64,000 nucleotides of DNA, from positions 13,640,001 to 13,704,000 of the forward strand of contig NC_135260.1 of assembly GCF_964204865.1 (NCBI RefSeq), read 5' to 3'. Shown here one piece after another: positions 54,001-64,000 of the stretch; the stretch's first letter is position 1; each line of letters starts with the position of its first letter. The notes under the pieces were generated by a model that was not told the DNA's origin, made no database searches, and saw only the letters and a list, made by a program, of their open reading frames with translations. This stretch comes from Styela clava. Taxonomy: Eukaryota. A program made the translations under genes and the position numbers.

Positions 54001-56954
54001 CGACTAGGTCAAACAATATTTCGCGCTTTTGATTAGGTCTTATTTTAATTAAGGGGAAGGCTTATAATAAAATCATTTTTAAAATTCAGGCTAGGTCCTA
54101 TTTTGGAAAAAACAAGGTATGTACTGAATATTGTTCAAATGTCAATAAATAGTTAAGGTGATCTATTGTAGCCTACTTGTCACCGCGGAGACCTCACGCT
54201 CGAGTTAGTTGGCTGGACCAGTTATAGACTCTAATCGTTGTGAATTTTACCTATTCTGAGAAAATTTCACCAAAACTTGCTATTTCGTTCAAACAATTGA
54301 GTTTTCTATCTATCACATTTACCCATTTACGATTTTTTAAATTATTGATGCTTAAAATCTATTTGCAGAAGGCGGCGGTGGGATTGTGTGTAAACTTGGG
54401 ATCGAATAGTCAAGTACAAGTTACAAATAGTTAACATATTTATAGGTGTGTTGTATAAGTGCGTTTTATTGCTCAACACGCGTATTATATAGTGAAACAT
54501 CGTTAATCTCAGTGTATTCTTGTAAAATCAATGCTACCAACATGTTGAACCAATGAAACCACGCCTTGGCAAGACTGAGACAAGATAAAGAATTTGGAAT
54601 ATTGAACAAATTTCTTCAAGATCTTACAACGTGATGTCTGGACAAACAATAGCAATTTCAAGTGAATAAATTTAATGTGTAATGGAAATTAATCAATTAA
54701 AATCATCGTGCCAGTGATTGATTGCCACTCATTCTTTTCAATTTGATTAATTAATAGTACCGCGATTATGTTTTCAGTAATTCAATATCAAGTCGATAGA
54801 AAAGTGTAGAATTACTAATTTTCAAGAATCCTTTGTATTTTTAGTATAATTTGAAAAAAAAATTTGTAACAAAATTCAATTCTTGATCACTCTGCTCAAC
54901 AAACAACTATGTAGAGTTTAGCTATATACATACTGCATATCTAAGTAAAATTAAGAGACTCACAGTTCCATCGAAGTAGTCGTCGCTCTTCATTTCAATT
55001 TTATCGTCAAAAAAGTTTCCAATTTCTTCATATCGATTGTCCAAAACACTGTTAAAAATATGGACTAACAAAATGAAAAAAGAGTTTTATTTGTTCTTTA
55101 ACTTAGTTTATTTGCACACTTAACTTTAGTGTGTGCATGATTGCCATCAGGTAAACTCATGTTGATAACAAATGAAGCACAACCGGTGTTAGCAAAACGA
55201 TGAGGCAAATTACATCGTTTTGCTAACACCGGTTGTGCTTCATTTATTATCATCAACTTTAGTGTGGTTAAAAAGCGTGTTTCGGGATTTTCTGAACTCA
55301 TCGCATTTTAGATTAGTAGTTTTGACCAGCATCAAATTAGTGATGTGATCCTGTTGATAAAGAGAGGTGAAATAATTTCAAACGCAGGAACAATTGCAGC
55401 GTGCGTTAGCAGACCCAAAATGTGTGAAACTTACGTATGAAATATGCGAAAAAACATGTCAGATCATCGCATGATCTGAATAAACAAGTGCTTTATTGAA
55501 TGTTGTTCAGCATGTGAATTGAATCAAGTTGAATCGGGTGACTGTATTATCGTAATAGATTATCATATGAAGTGAGGACGAACATAGTTTGATGAAAAAT
55601 CTTACTTGAAACCGTCCTGAAGTGCCGATGCATATTTTTTTCTTTCTTCTGTCGCGTTTTTTAATATGATAGAAGAAATTGATTTCCAGAACTCTTTGAA
55701 ATTTTTTCGCATGATTTGTACAGTATTCATCTTCCAATTTAGAATTTTGATTCTTGATTTGCGTTTTCGGGAAAAAAAAAGATTTTCTAAACATGCATCG
55801 CGTAATGGAAGGGCCGAAATTAAACTAGTCATTCTGATCAAGGCATTAGAAAAATCATGGAATTATCAAACTATTAATAGTAAAAGTATAAATAGTTGTT
55901 TCTAAATTTGAAACGTTTTTTTGAAACTATGTGCCGATATTTTAAGCCAGTTTGAACACTTTCAAAATTATGATCTATATAAAATCAGACAAAATGCTCG
56001 ACAACAATGTACAATGCTTGACAATTTGTAACAAATCATTACCAACAAATGATGATAATACATGATGATGGCATTTGATTCCAAAACTTTTGCTTAATGA
56101 GACGTGATGAACATGGGGAGAATGAAATCGTACACGACGGATATTTATTGAAAACGTACCTTTCGCTATTAGACCGCTCATTCGTCAGCGTTAGAGATTT
56201 TAAAGAAGGTACAATATCCCGCAGCTTGTCCGTGTAGTTCACTCTTAAAATGAAATGTTTCATATTTCAGAAATATTAATATCTTTGGAAGTTGCAAAAC
56301 TTGTACAGTGTCATTGTGTTTTATTTCTCGCTTTATAAATTAAGCATTTGATATTTCACTCAATTAATAATGATGGTACAGACAAATAGTGCTAACAAAT
56401 GAGGAAGTAGAAAAGATGGACTATAAGATATTGCGAATGTCATCAGGTAGTGGTCTAGGCCAGGGGACACAGCCTGCGGCGTACAAGAATAAATCTGCGG
56501 ACAAAATTACGAAGACAAATCAGATCTTATAACATAATTAACAGAGCAAAAGTACATGGCATGTAATTTACAACCCCCTTGACTTGCCCCCAGCTGTAGA
56601 TTAAAACAATCCGCCATTCAAATTTATAATTGGTATTCATGCGGCCGGCTATAGGAAAATGGTTGTATACACCTGGATTAGGCCTTATTGGTAGGCCTGA
56701 AAAATGTATTGATGCGATTATTACTAAATTGTTTTCCCCGGAATTAGACAATCGCAATACAATATTTGAATAGTATGGGTTTAGCTATAACGACTTTCTG
56801 TCGCTGTTAGTAAAATTATCAATAAAAAATCAGTAAAATATTTGTCACGAATTTACCTGTTTCCCGAGAATTTTGTAACATATACTGTTATCAATAGCGT
56901 AGAAAAAACAACAAAGAAAACTGCTTTTCCCCTGGAGATGAAGGTGGAGACCAT
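45023..56954 (-). CDS. FUT8: Alpha-(1,6)-fucosyltransferase-like gene, copy III, apparently intact, 11 exons, about 571 aa (type II TM - stem/coiled coil - GT23 catalytic - SH3)
   Basis: Exons with GT-AG ends and consistent phases: 56954-56857, 56243-56160, 55752-55606, 55048-54964, 53402-53275, 52974-52866, 48466-48250, 47921-47696, 47390-47226, 46981-46849, 45346-45023 (1716 nt, no internal stop). N-terminal signal anchor MVSTFISRGKAVFFVVFSTLLITVYV. FUT8 motifs: LQ|NPNNC..VCN..GFGSELH; DPFAWWIAQFIGY; GMHIRRGDK..REA (cf. human HVRRTDK..TEA); VYVTTDD; DVYLLSLCDFVACTGSSNICR; SVDDMYYF; C-terminal SH3-like tail. Orthology to FUT8 proper is not established. Confidence 0.9.
45527..46003. mobile_element. 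MITE (TIR C(A/T)ATGGACTTT(T)CCCCGA); opposite-orientation copy at 48681-49176
   Basis: The two copies align as reverse complements along their length (e.g. TTGGCGCCTGT.AAATGGGG; GCAAGATGCAAAAAGTGACGTAACAATGC). Confidence 0.8.
46160..46650 (-). mobile_element. 3' fragment of an I/Jockey-group LINE (decayed C-terminal zinc knuckle)
   Basis: IFRLQTRHGMLNKHL..TCNQGNRELEDTEHFFIHCLKY. Absent from the paralogous copy II intron 10. Confidence 0.65.
51459..51874. mobile_element. Helentron/HINE-like interspersed repeat (ACAAGAGAG..GTGTCCAATAA); other copies at 31883-32124 and 44699-44951 (inverted), plus many fragments
   Basis: Conserved ends, internal (AAC)n, GGACAC/GTGTCC subterminal inverted repeat. 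The paralogous empty site at about 23335-23355 shows insertion at AA/TT without a TSD. Confidence 0.65.
55163..55252. repeat. Near-perfect hairpin (40-bp arms, 10-nt loop) in copy III intron 3
   Basis: TGATAACAAATGAAGCACAACCGGTGTTAGCAAAACGATG / CATCGTTTTGCTAACACCGGTTGTGCTTCATTTATTATCA. Confidence 0.92.
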
Positions 56955-59583
56955 TTCAATCAATTAACTCTATTTAGATCTTATAATTGTTCTAAATTCA
57001 TGTTAAAGATATCAGAACCAATTTAACGTTAGTCAATCCTTCAATAATAAAACTGTAGTGCGCAAATGAGACCCACAAATTCAAAGTTTATAAATGGAAA
57101 AATATGAATTGATTTTAGTATAATAGTTTTAATTCTTGTCAATTTGGTAATCCCCTCTTTTTAGTTTTAGTCAGCTCTCTATTTCATATTTTATTCAACA
57201 ATGTCAACAATTACATTCTTTACGAGTGACCTTGTGCTTCCTATAACACCCAGATTTCTCACATAGGTATAAGCTTTCAGTCGGAATACCCAAATGGATA
57301 ATGCATCAAATTGTATCTATACTGCTCGTGACTGTAATTCTTACATACACCTCAAACTCAACATTTCCTTCCAATTTTTCCCCTCTAAAAAACAAATTAA
57401 GATGATTTTTTGGTACATGACTTTCAACAAAAAAATAGGTTATGCTTACAAAGTGAATTAGTAAAACAATATTTGCAGATATGGTATATCTACCGAATAC
57501 TCAAAAACAAGAAATATCGGAGGAATGAACACTTCAAACCATAAAGTAAAAAACAACATAAGCTACCACGTTTTCGATATCTAATATCAATCGGTAATTT
57601 TGAACCAAATATGTCTTCTTTGGAAATTCAACCATCGATCAAATTAAACGAACATTCCTCATAATTTAAACTTGCATTATTTATTTACAATATTACTCTT
57701 TATCTGAGAGATGAAGACCCAGCTTGGAGACTTTTCAAAAAAATTGATCTTGGACGTCACTTTATAAACACAAAAACCGTGTTGAGATTAAATGCATATT
57801 TTTGGAACAATCTCATTTAACGAAACATTAATTTATTTGGTTTCAACTTGTTAACATTATCCAGTACATAAACATACGATAATCTATCATTTTAACATTG
57901 AAAACTAACATCAGCTCTAGGATGAGTATGAATACTATAATATTGAAAAAATAAATTAAATAAGATGAATCTAAAAGCGAGTGTATATATAGGAAATAGA
58001 AATAACATTGATATATAGACTTGCCTCGATGTGTACAATGTGCTATACTGAGAAAATACACAGTGCTGGCCAGCATGGGCACAATGTGCTCATTGAGGCA
58101 AGTCCATATCTCAAAGTTATTGCTATTTCTATCTATACTGAGAAAAGTCACAGTAGTTCTACTCCAGCGGCTCTCAGTTTTGGCTGAGATGACGTCGCGT
58201 GTCATGAAGCGATCCCTTCGACTACACTACAGCCGCCACAGAAAAAAACATGGGCGTAGGATAATCATATACTAACCATGTGTAAAATTAACAAACTTTC
58301 AAATAACAGTTACTCCTGGCCTGTACTTTTGAAATATTTCTGACATAGAAATTATATGTACCTTTCTAATAAATATATTCTATTTCAACGACAAACTGAC
58401 AACTGAGGTTACTTGTAAAATTTTCAAATGTACGATACCAGTACACGCCACTTAGAAATTTGAATAAAGATGAGGAAAATATATTAGCAATACTTGATTT
58501 TTTAGTTTTGCAATATTACCTTCATTAAAAGTAGTATTGAAGCACTTGATTTTGTGAAATTTGAGAAGGTATATATTCTAAAACACTCTAACTAAACTAA
58601 CTGAAACACTCTACATACATTAAACATATATATTAAAATACAGTAAGATAGCGATCAGTTAGGTTGAAACCGGTAAGACACTGATATCAGAGAGAGCAAT
58701 TTTGAAATTAAAATTTTTTTTACTTTATTTTTTTTACTTTTTTACTTTACTTAAAAAATTTTTTACTTACTAAGCCTTAAACAAACAGCAGTTTTCAATT
58801 GAAAGCCGGACCTCGAATTATTAATCCTATTTTAAAGACAAAAGCCCTTGTTATTTACCCAGGTTATGCGTGTCGATAGTCATTTGCACAATGAAGAATA
58901 AATTCTATTCAGAGAACAGCAAATCTATACTGCGCTGGGACTCTCTATGGTTAAAAATAAAGAAGTTATTGGACACGAAGTGGACATACATATCGTTTGG
59001 TTATTATGTTGTTGTTGGAATTCTTTTTCTTGTTGTTATGAACAAATCGATATTCTCATTACCTACTGGACCTATTATTTTTACGAATTTGAAAATATTT
59101 CGTTATTTCAGGTTCTATATACTTTGCCACGCTTCATTGCAAAATAAACATATCCAAGCTCATACGAATCACTGTTATATGTATCATTTGTAAGAATCGT
59201 CCTGTATTGAGAGTATGGATCGTTGCATCTTATTGTATGAAATATCACTTGTTAAGTAAGATACTATGAACATTCATATGTATAATATTTTTTTTTGTCA
59301 ATATCAAATGTAATACGGCCAATAATTTAGGTATTCTACTCATCCAATTGAAACATAAATTTATTTGATTCAAGACCGGAATATCTAAATTCTAAAGCAT
59401 AGATATATTAATAATTGTGTGATAATTGAGAAAAACAACGGTCGTCTTCCCACCATCGATCACATTTTCCAATATTGAGAATTTCGGTTTCAACTTTGCG
59501 TTGGGAATGTTGCGAAGGAGATCTACGGAGGACTATAGAAAATCGAAAGACTATCTACAGATGGCTTCGATCGTAGTTTATAC

Positions 59584-59986
59584 TGTAGCGAATGTGCATT
59601 GTGTAACTATGGATTATAATGTATTTAACCCTTTCATATTAATAGCATGTAATATTTCACAAAATAGGCCGCATTATGTTTCGCAACAGCGATAATGCAT
59701 TCGCTCCATGTATTGCCTTTCTCGTTTCGACCAATTTGATGACGTATCGTTTCCGGTTTGCCGAGACTGCTCTATAATATTGCCCTTTTTGTTTCACTTG
59801 TGATCTGACCGTAATCTTACTGCATTAAGAATTAAGTGTGTACAATTTTATCTGTACTTGGAATTTGGATCGTGCATCTTTTCAATAATATACAACAATT
59901 CGACAATCAACATCGTGTGCTTATTATCGTCTGAGGGAATCCAGATTGGAGTCACATTCCACAACACGTAAAATTAAATTCCTATA
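59584..59986 (+). repeat. 5' LTR (about 70-bp deletion in U5)
   Basis: Starts TGTAGCGAATG. About 10 mismatches by eye over about 390 bp versus the 3' LTR. Followed by the PBS. Confidence 0.9.
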
Positions 59987-59989
59987 TTT

Positions 59990-60007
59990 TGGTGATACCG
60001 ACGTGAT
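59990..60007 (+). promoter_or_regulatory. Primer-binding site complementary to tRNA-Trp
   Basis: TGGTGATACCGACGTGAT matches the canonical tRNA-Trp PBS TGGTGACCCCGACGTGAT at 16/18 positions and lies just after the 5' LTR. Confidence 0.85.
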
Positions 60008-60274
60008 GCGGTCTTAGGGATAAAGTCTCTTCACCCTAATATTCAAAGTTCGATTCCCACGTTATTAATTTCACGTGTTGTGGAATGTGACTCCAATCTG
60101 GATTCCCTCAGATGATAATAAGCACACGATGTTGATTGTCGAATTGTTGTATATTATTGAAAAGATGCACGATCCAAATTCCAAGTACAATAAGTTTGTG
60201 AAATATTACATGCTATTTAATATGAAAGGGTTAAATACATTATAATCCATAGTTACACAATGCACATTCGCTAC
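60000..60274 (-). repeat. Third, inverted and internally deleted LTR copy
   Basis: Reverse complement reads GTAGCGAATGTGCATTG...cacaaa[deletion]tgtacttgg...TAAGACCGCATCACGTC, matching the 3' LTR. Confidence 0.9.
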
Positions 60275-60367
60275 TCAGTGAAATGAATGAAGCAGCAATT
60301 GTCGGCATAATAGTTCTAGTGTCGTTAATGTAGTTTTGAGAGTAGGGATTTTTCAATGTAGATAAAC

Positions 60368-60742
60368 TCACATCGAGTATATTAAACTGTATTTGGCCAG
60401 GAAATCAATGCCAATGATAGGAGTTCGTACTTCCGTGATTTGGAATTCAAAATTGTAAGTAAGGCCATCTCCAAAATCAAAGGTTAACAAACGAGTTCCA
60501 TACCATGGTATCTTCGTACCATTGACGGCATAAAGAGAATGACTAAGGGATTTCTTTATAAAAGTAGGTAAAAAATCAACTGGAATAATTGAAAAGAATG
60601 AACCAGAATCGACAAGAAATCGACGTTGACTCGATTTATCAAATATGTACATAAAAGAAGTCGTTTGTTGCCATGCAGAGTTTGATGTTGCACAAATTTT
60701 ATCGGGACTTCGACAACGTTGACCAGACGTTAATGAAAATTT
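60368..60742 (-). pseudogene. pol: Retropepsin-like aspartic protease (start of pol), in -1 frame to gag
   Basis: FLVDSGSFFSII...LYAVNGTKI..YG...PIIGIDFLAKY. Entered through slippery heptamer A AAT TTT (plus strand 60736-60742). Truncated before RT. Confidence 0.88.
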
Positions 60743-61291
60743 TGAAAAGCCATTGTACATCTTTCACCTTTGCATTTGTAAGCTTTGTCGCCAAAAGTCG
60801 CGTGATAATAGCAAGGATTGGGGTCTGCATTTTGTTGAGAATTGTCCATTGGCGGCCCATTATTATGTCGAAAAGGCGAACCGTTGTATTCCGGGGGCGG
60901 ACCACGATATTGGCGATCGCTTCTAGGAGGTCACCTCGAGCTGTTGTATCTCTGAGGTGGTCTGTCTTGGTAATCGTTGCGTCTCTGATAATCATTTCGT
61001 CTGTGCTGACGGTTGTAATTTGGGCGGTATGTTTGCTGTTTTTCCTGTGTAACCTTGTCTAACTGAGTTTTTAGCTGTTTCATTTCTGCTAATAATTCTG
61101 AATAAGCTCCTGTCTAAGATTGTGGTGTTGTATTTGAAGTAGTAGCAATTTCTGATGCGGAATTTGTATCCAAGAATGTTTCTGCCATGTCTACAATTTG
61201 ATCAATGGAGCGTTTCGTTCCAGTTTTTGAAAACTGTCGTCTAACAAAGACTGCCATTGGTTCTGGTACAAGGGCCTTTTGAATCATGATT
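60730..61291 (-). pseudogene. gag: Gag C-terminal part (inverted), with CHCC motif
   Basis: Manual translation: ..IDQIVDMAETFLD..(2 in-frame stops)..R/P/Q/N-rich linker..PCYYHATFGDKAYKCKGERC..QNFH* (C-x2-H-x9-C-x4-C). Confidence 0.8.
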
Positions 61292-62553
61292 GTCTAGTGT
61301 ACGGCAAATCCAGTTGTATATTTGTGTAGGTGTCATATTGCTCTCAACGAACGAAATCTTTCTTTGAATCAAACAAAGTCTATTGTACATACAATGGCTT
61401 GGATTTAAACGTACATGACAACTGCGCAGACAGTGTCAGATTACGTTATAAAGGCGTTGCCTCTTCATGGCATGACGTCACCAGTACCTGGTTTTCAAAA
61501 GTCGTTTCGATTGTACAACAGTCGTCCGATCACGACTCTGAATTATTCGCCGAATTCTACGACAGAATACACGAATTGGAATGTCGTGTTGAATCAATGA
61601 TCTCCCATTTACTGAAACCCCTAGCACAGTTGTACCCCTCTCAAATATAATCTGCAATTTTAAGACGTGAAGTTCATGCAATTGCTCATGGAGATGTTCT
61701 TGTCGAACTTCATTCTGTTTCCGCTAATTTTACAGTTCTACCAACACTTTTCTTTAACAACCCGTATGCAACACGTCCGATTGTTGCATATACCTTGCCT
61801 AACAGATCTACAGAACTTGGACAAATCCACGCCAGTAACGTCGTTTTCAATCAAATATTACTGACTGAATCACCCCGATTTGGACAAACGAAAATTTTCA
61901 AAATCAATGGCAGCTACTACAAGTATTTCAACTATTCACTAGTATCCAGAAACGAAAATGTGAAAGAAGTATACCCCTCACTGTATACAACCTTTGACGA
62001 CCCATCTACAAAAGATTACAGCTAATTTCTTGAAGAAATTTTAGCAGATGAAGAGGAAGTTTCCGCTACAAGCATGGACGACCTTTTAGTTACAATTTCG
62101 GGACTCAACAAACTGAATGACGATTACAAAGGAGGACGAACCTCTGCAGAAACTATTGATATCACTACACTGGAAGACGGAATTCAAAAAGCCGTCAACG
62201 GCAATATATTTGCCTGGCTCTTGCGAGTTAAGAGCTCAGCTTGGAATTACGTCATAGGATTTTGCCTTATTTACGCATTATTTGTTATACCCATTCTTTC
62301 TTTCCTGTACATAGGATATTTCATTTTTCAAAGTTTGCCAAACTGCCGAATTACCATTCGCAATGCATTAACAAATGGATTGTTCAAGCCAATACAACGA
62401 CTTCTCAACATTCAACGACAACCCGTTGTACAATTCGACGAACAAGAAGAAATACACCAGATATCCGATGTCGAAATTGACGAGGAAGATATAGAAAGTG
62501 CTAGCAACTTCTCAGATGCGAGCACCCAAGCTCAAATGGAATCAAAAGTTTGA
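61292..62553 (+). pseudogene. env: Envelope-like ORF resembling herpesvirus gB / class III fusion glycoprotein (5'-truncated, three in-frame stops)
   Basis: ORFs 61330-61650, 61795-62025 and 62074-62553 share one frame, with stops at 61327, 61648 and 62023. Read-through gives [57 protein letters not shown], then TM segment WNYVIGFCLIYALFVIPILSFLYIGYFIF and an acidic tail. Located upstream of the 3' UTR, PPT and 3' LTR, where env normally sits. Confidence 0.8.
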
Positions 62554-63435
62554 CCGTAACAAACCTTTCGATTTATCTACACACTATTAGGGAAACTCGA
62601 TTTCGACGCACGTTGCGAATTGTATATGGTGTGTAACTCGCAATGTATCGCTTCTTTATTACTTATTATCATTTTTATCAACTTAATCGTCTTGTATTTT
62701 AATATTATCTTTTTCTCTTATTATTATCCATCATAAACATAAGAAAACATCTTACTATAAAAATTTTAAATATTACAACACCCTCAAAATAAAAATATTT
62801 TGTATTCTCATTTTCTTTTGTGTGTATTTACTTAGTACTAATCAATTGTTGTTTTTAGATATCATGAGTTCTTTTACTTCATACAGAATTTGATTCAGGT
62901 TCAATCTCAAGGATTCAATGGTTCAATAATTCTTCAAATCAATCATTATTCAATTTTCAGGATTTTTCTTACTTATTATTTTGTTTCAAGTTACCTCTAA
63001 CATCAATTTTACGACCTTAAACATCAACCCAATTGCAATGCAATTTTTAGTACTAAACCCGCCATTTTATTCATTCTCAGTTTTTTTTCCTTAAACATCA
63101 GAGCCGTTTTACATTATAGGGTGTCCTTTCCGGTACATCATCGCCATTTTGTTTCAATGTATCGTTACAATTTTATTTTCAAATGTTAAACATTTCAAAG
63201 CACCACGGAGACCCTTTGAAATTTTGTTTTTGTATTTTTACTTCTCTCTCGTATTTTCTTGCTCTCGTAAACGACGTATATTCTCTCGTATACCTTAGCC
63301 ATTATTCATCATACCGTACCCTTATCTTTTATTGATTCGTGTTCTTTTTGTTTTTAGACTTCATCTCTCGGCGACCGGACTACAAAATTTAAAAAATTAC
63401 CAAGTTAATTTTTTTTTGCTGTCGAGGGGGAATTG

Positions 63436-63902
63436 TGCAGCGAATGTGCATTGTGTAACTATGGATTATAATGTATTTAACCCTTTCATATTAATAGCAT
63501 GTAATATTTCACAAAATAGGCCGCATTATGTTTCGCAACAGCAATATTGCATTCGCTCCATGTATTGCCTTTCTCGTTTCGACCAATTTGATGACGTTTC
63601 GTTTCTGGTTTGCCGAGACTGCTCTATAATATTGTGCTTTTTGTTTCACTTGTGATCTGACCGTAATCTTACTGCATTAAGAATTAAGTGTGTACAATTT
63701 TATATGTATTTGGAATTTGGATCGTGCATCTTTTCAATAATATACAACAATTCGACAATCAACATCGTGTGCTTATTATCGTCTGAGGGAATCCAGATTG
63801 GAGTCACATTCCACAACACGTGAAATTAATAACGTGGGAATCGAACTTTGAATATTGGGGGGAACAGTCTTTATCCCTAAGACCGCATCTCGTCTCCCTA
63901 TA
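63436..63902 (+). repeat. 3' LTR
   Basis: TGCAGCGAATG...CGTCTCCCTATA (decayed TG..CA termini). Preceded by the polypurine tract and followed by TSD ATAC. Confidence 0.9.
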
Positions 63903-64000
63903 ATACCATAGAACTTTTTCTTTCTCCTAATTGTTGGTATTGTCGCTATACATAAACCCATCCATCGACCAACTAAATAATGAACAGAAATAGATTTATT

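Larger units (their letters stand above)
59584..63902 (+). mobile_element. Ty3/Gypsy LTR retrotransposon (CsRn1-clade-like), env-bearing, rearranged and non-autonomous
   Basis: Direct LTRs at 59584-~59986 and 63436-63902. 4-bp TSD ATAC (59580-59583 and 63903-63906). PBS at 59990-60007; PPT GAGGGGGAA at about 63424-63432. Contains gag, protease and env remnants; no RT/RNaseH/integrase seen. Confidence 0.92.
59523..63973 (-). pseudogene. Second decayed FUT8-like terminal exon relic, split by the LTR element (59523-59583 plus 63903-63973)
   Basis: WSMDGFMYSDNTNN* on the right side and YKLRSKPSVDSLSIFYSPP* on the left. Flanks match the 26700-27050 relic. Confidence 0.75.

Noticed and set aside
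60673-61062. 129-aa hydrophobic plus-strand ORF
   Set aside because: Antisense to the gag C-terminus.

Overview
AT-rich eukaryotic genomic DNA with GT-AG introns and abundant MITEs. It looks invertebrate, possibly ascidian, but the taxon is a guess. The window is a minus-strand tandem array of alpha-1,6-fucosyltransferase (FUT8/GT23-like) paralogs at different stages of decay, which I reconstructed exon by exon. One 11-exon copy appears intact (copy III, 56954->45023, about 571 aa). One full-length copy is disabled (copy II, 37976->28882). One copy runs off the window start (copy I, exons 1-6, 8368->1604). There is also an orphan exon 5-6 fragment (24640-25184) and two decayed last-exon relics (26813-27020; 59523-63973). 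Introns and spacers hold hAT and Tc1/mariner-type MITEs, Helentron/HINE-like repeats and a near-full-length decayed L2/Crack-group LINE (about 14316-19580). The most notable element is at 59584-63902: a Ty3/Gypsy LTR retrotransposon with CsRn1-clade hallmarks (tRNA-Trp PBS, CHCC Gag motif, 4-bp TSD, AAATTTT -1 frameshift site). It carries a decayed envelope ORF that aligns by eye to herpesvirus glycoprotein B (class III fusogen), and its gag-pro block plus an extra LTR are inverted.
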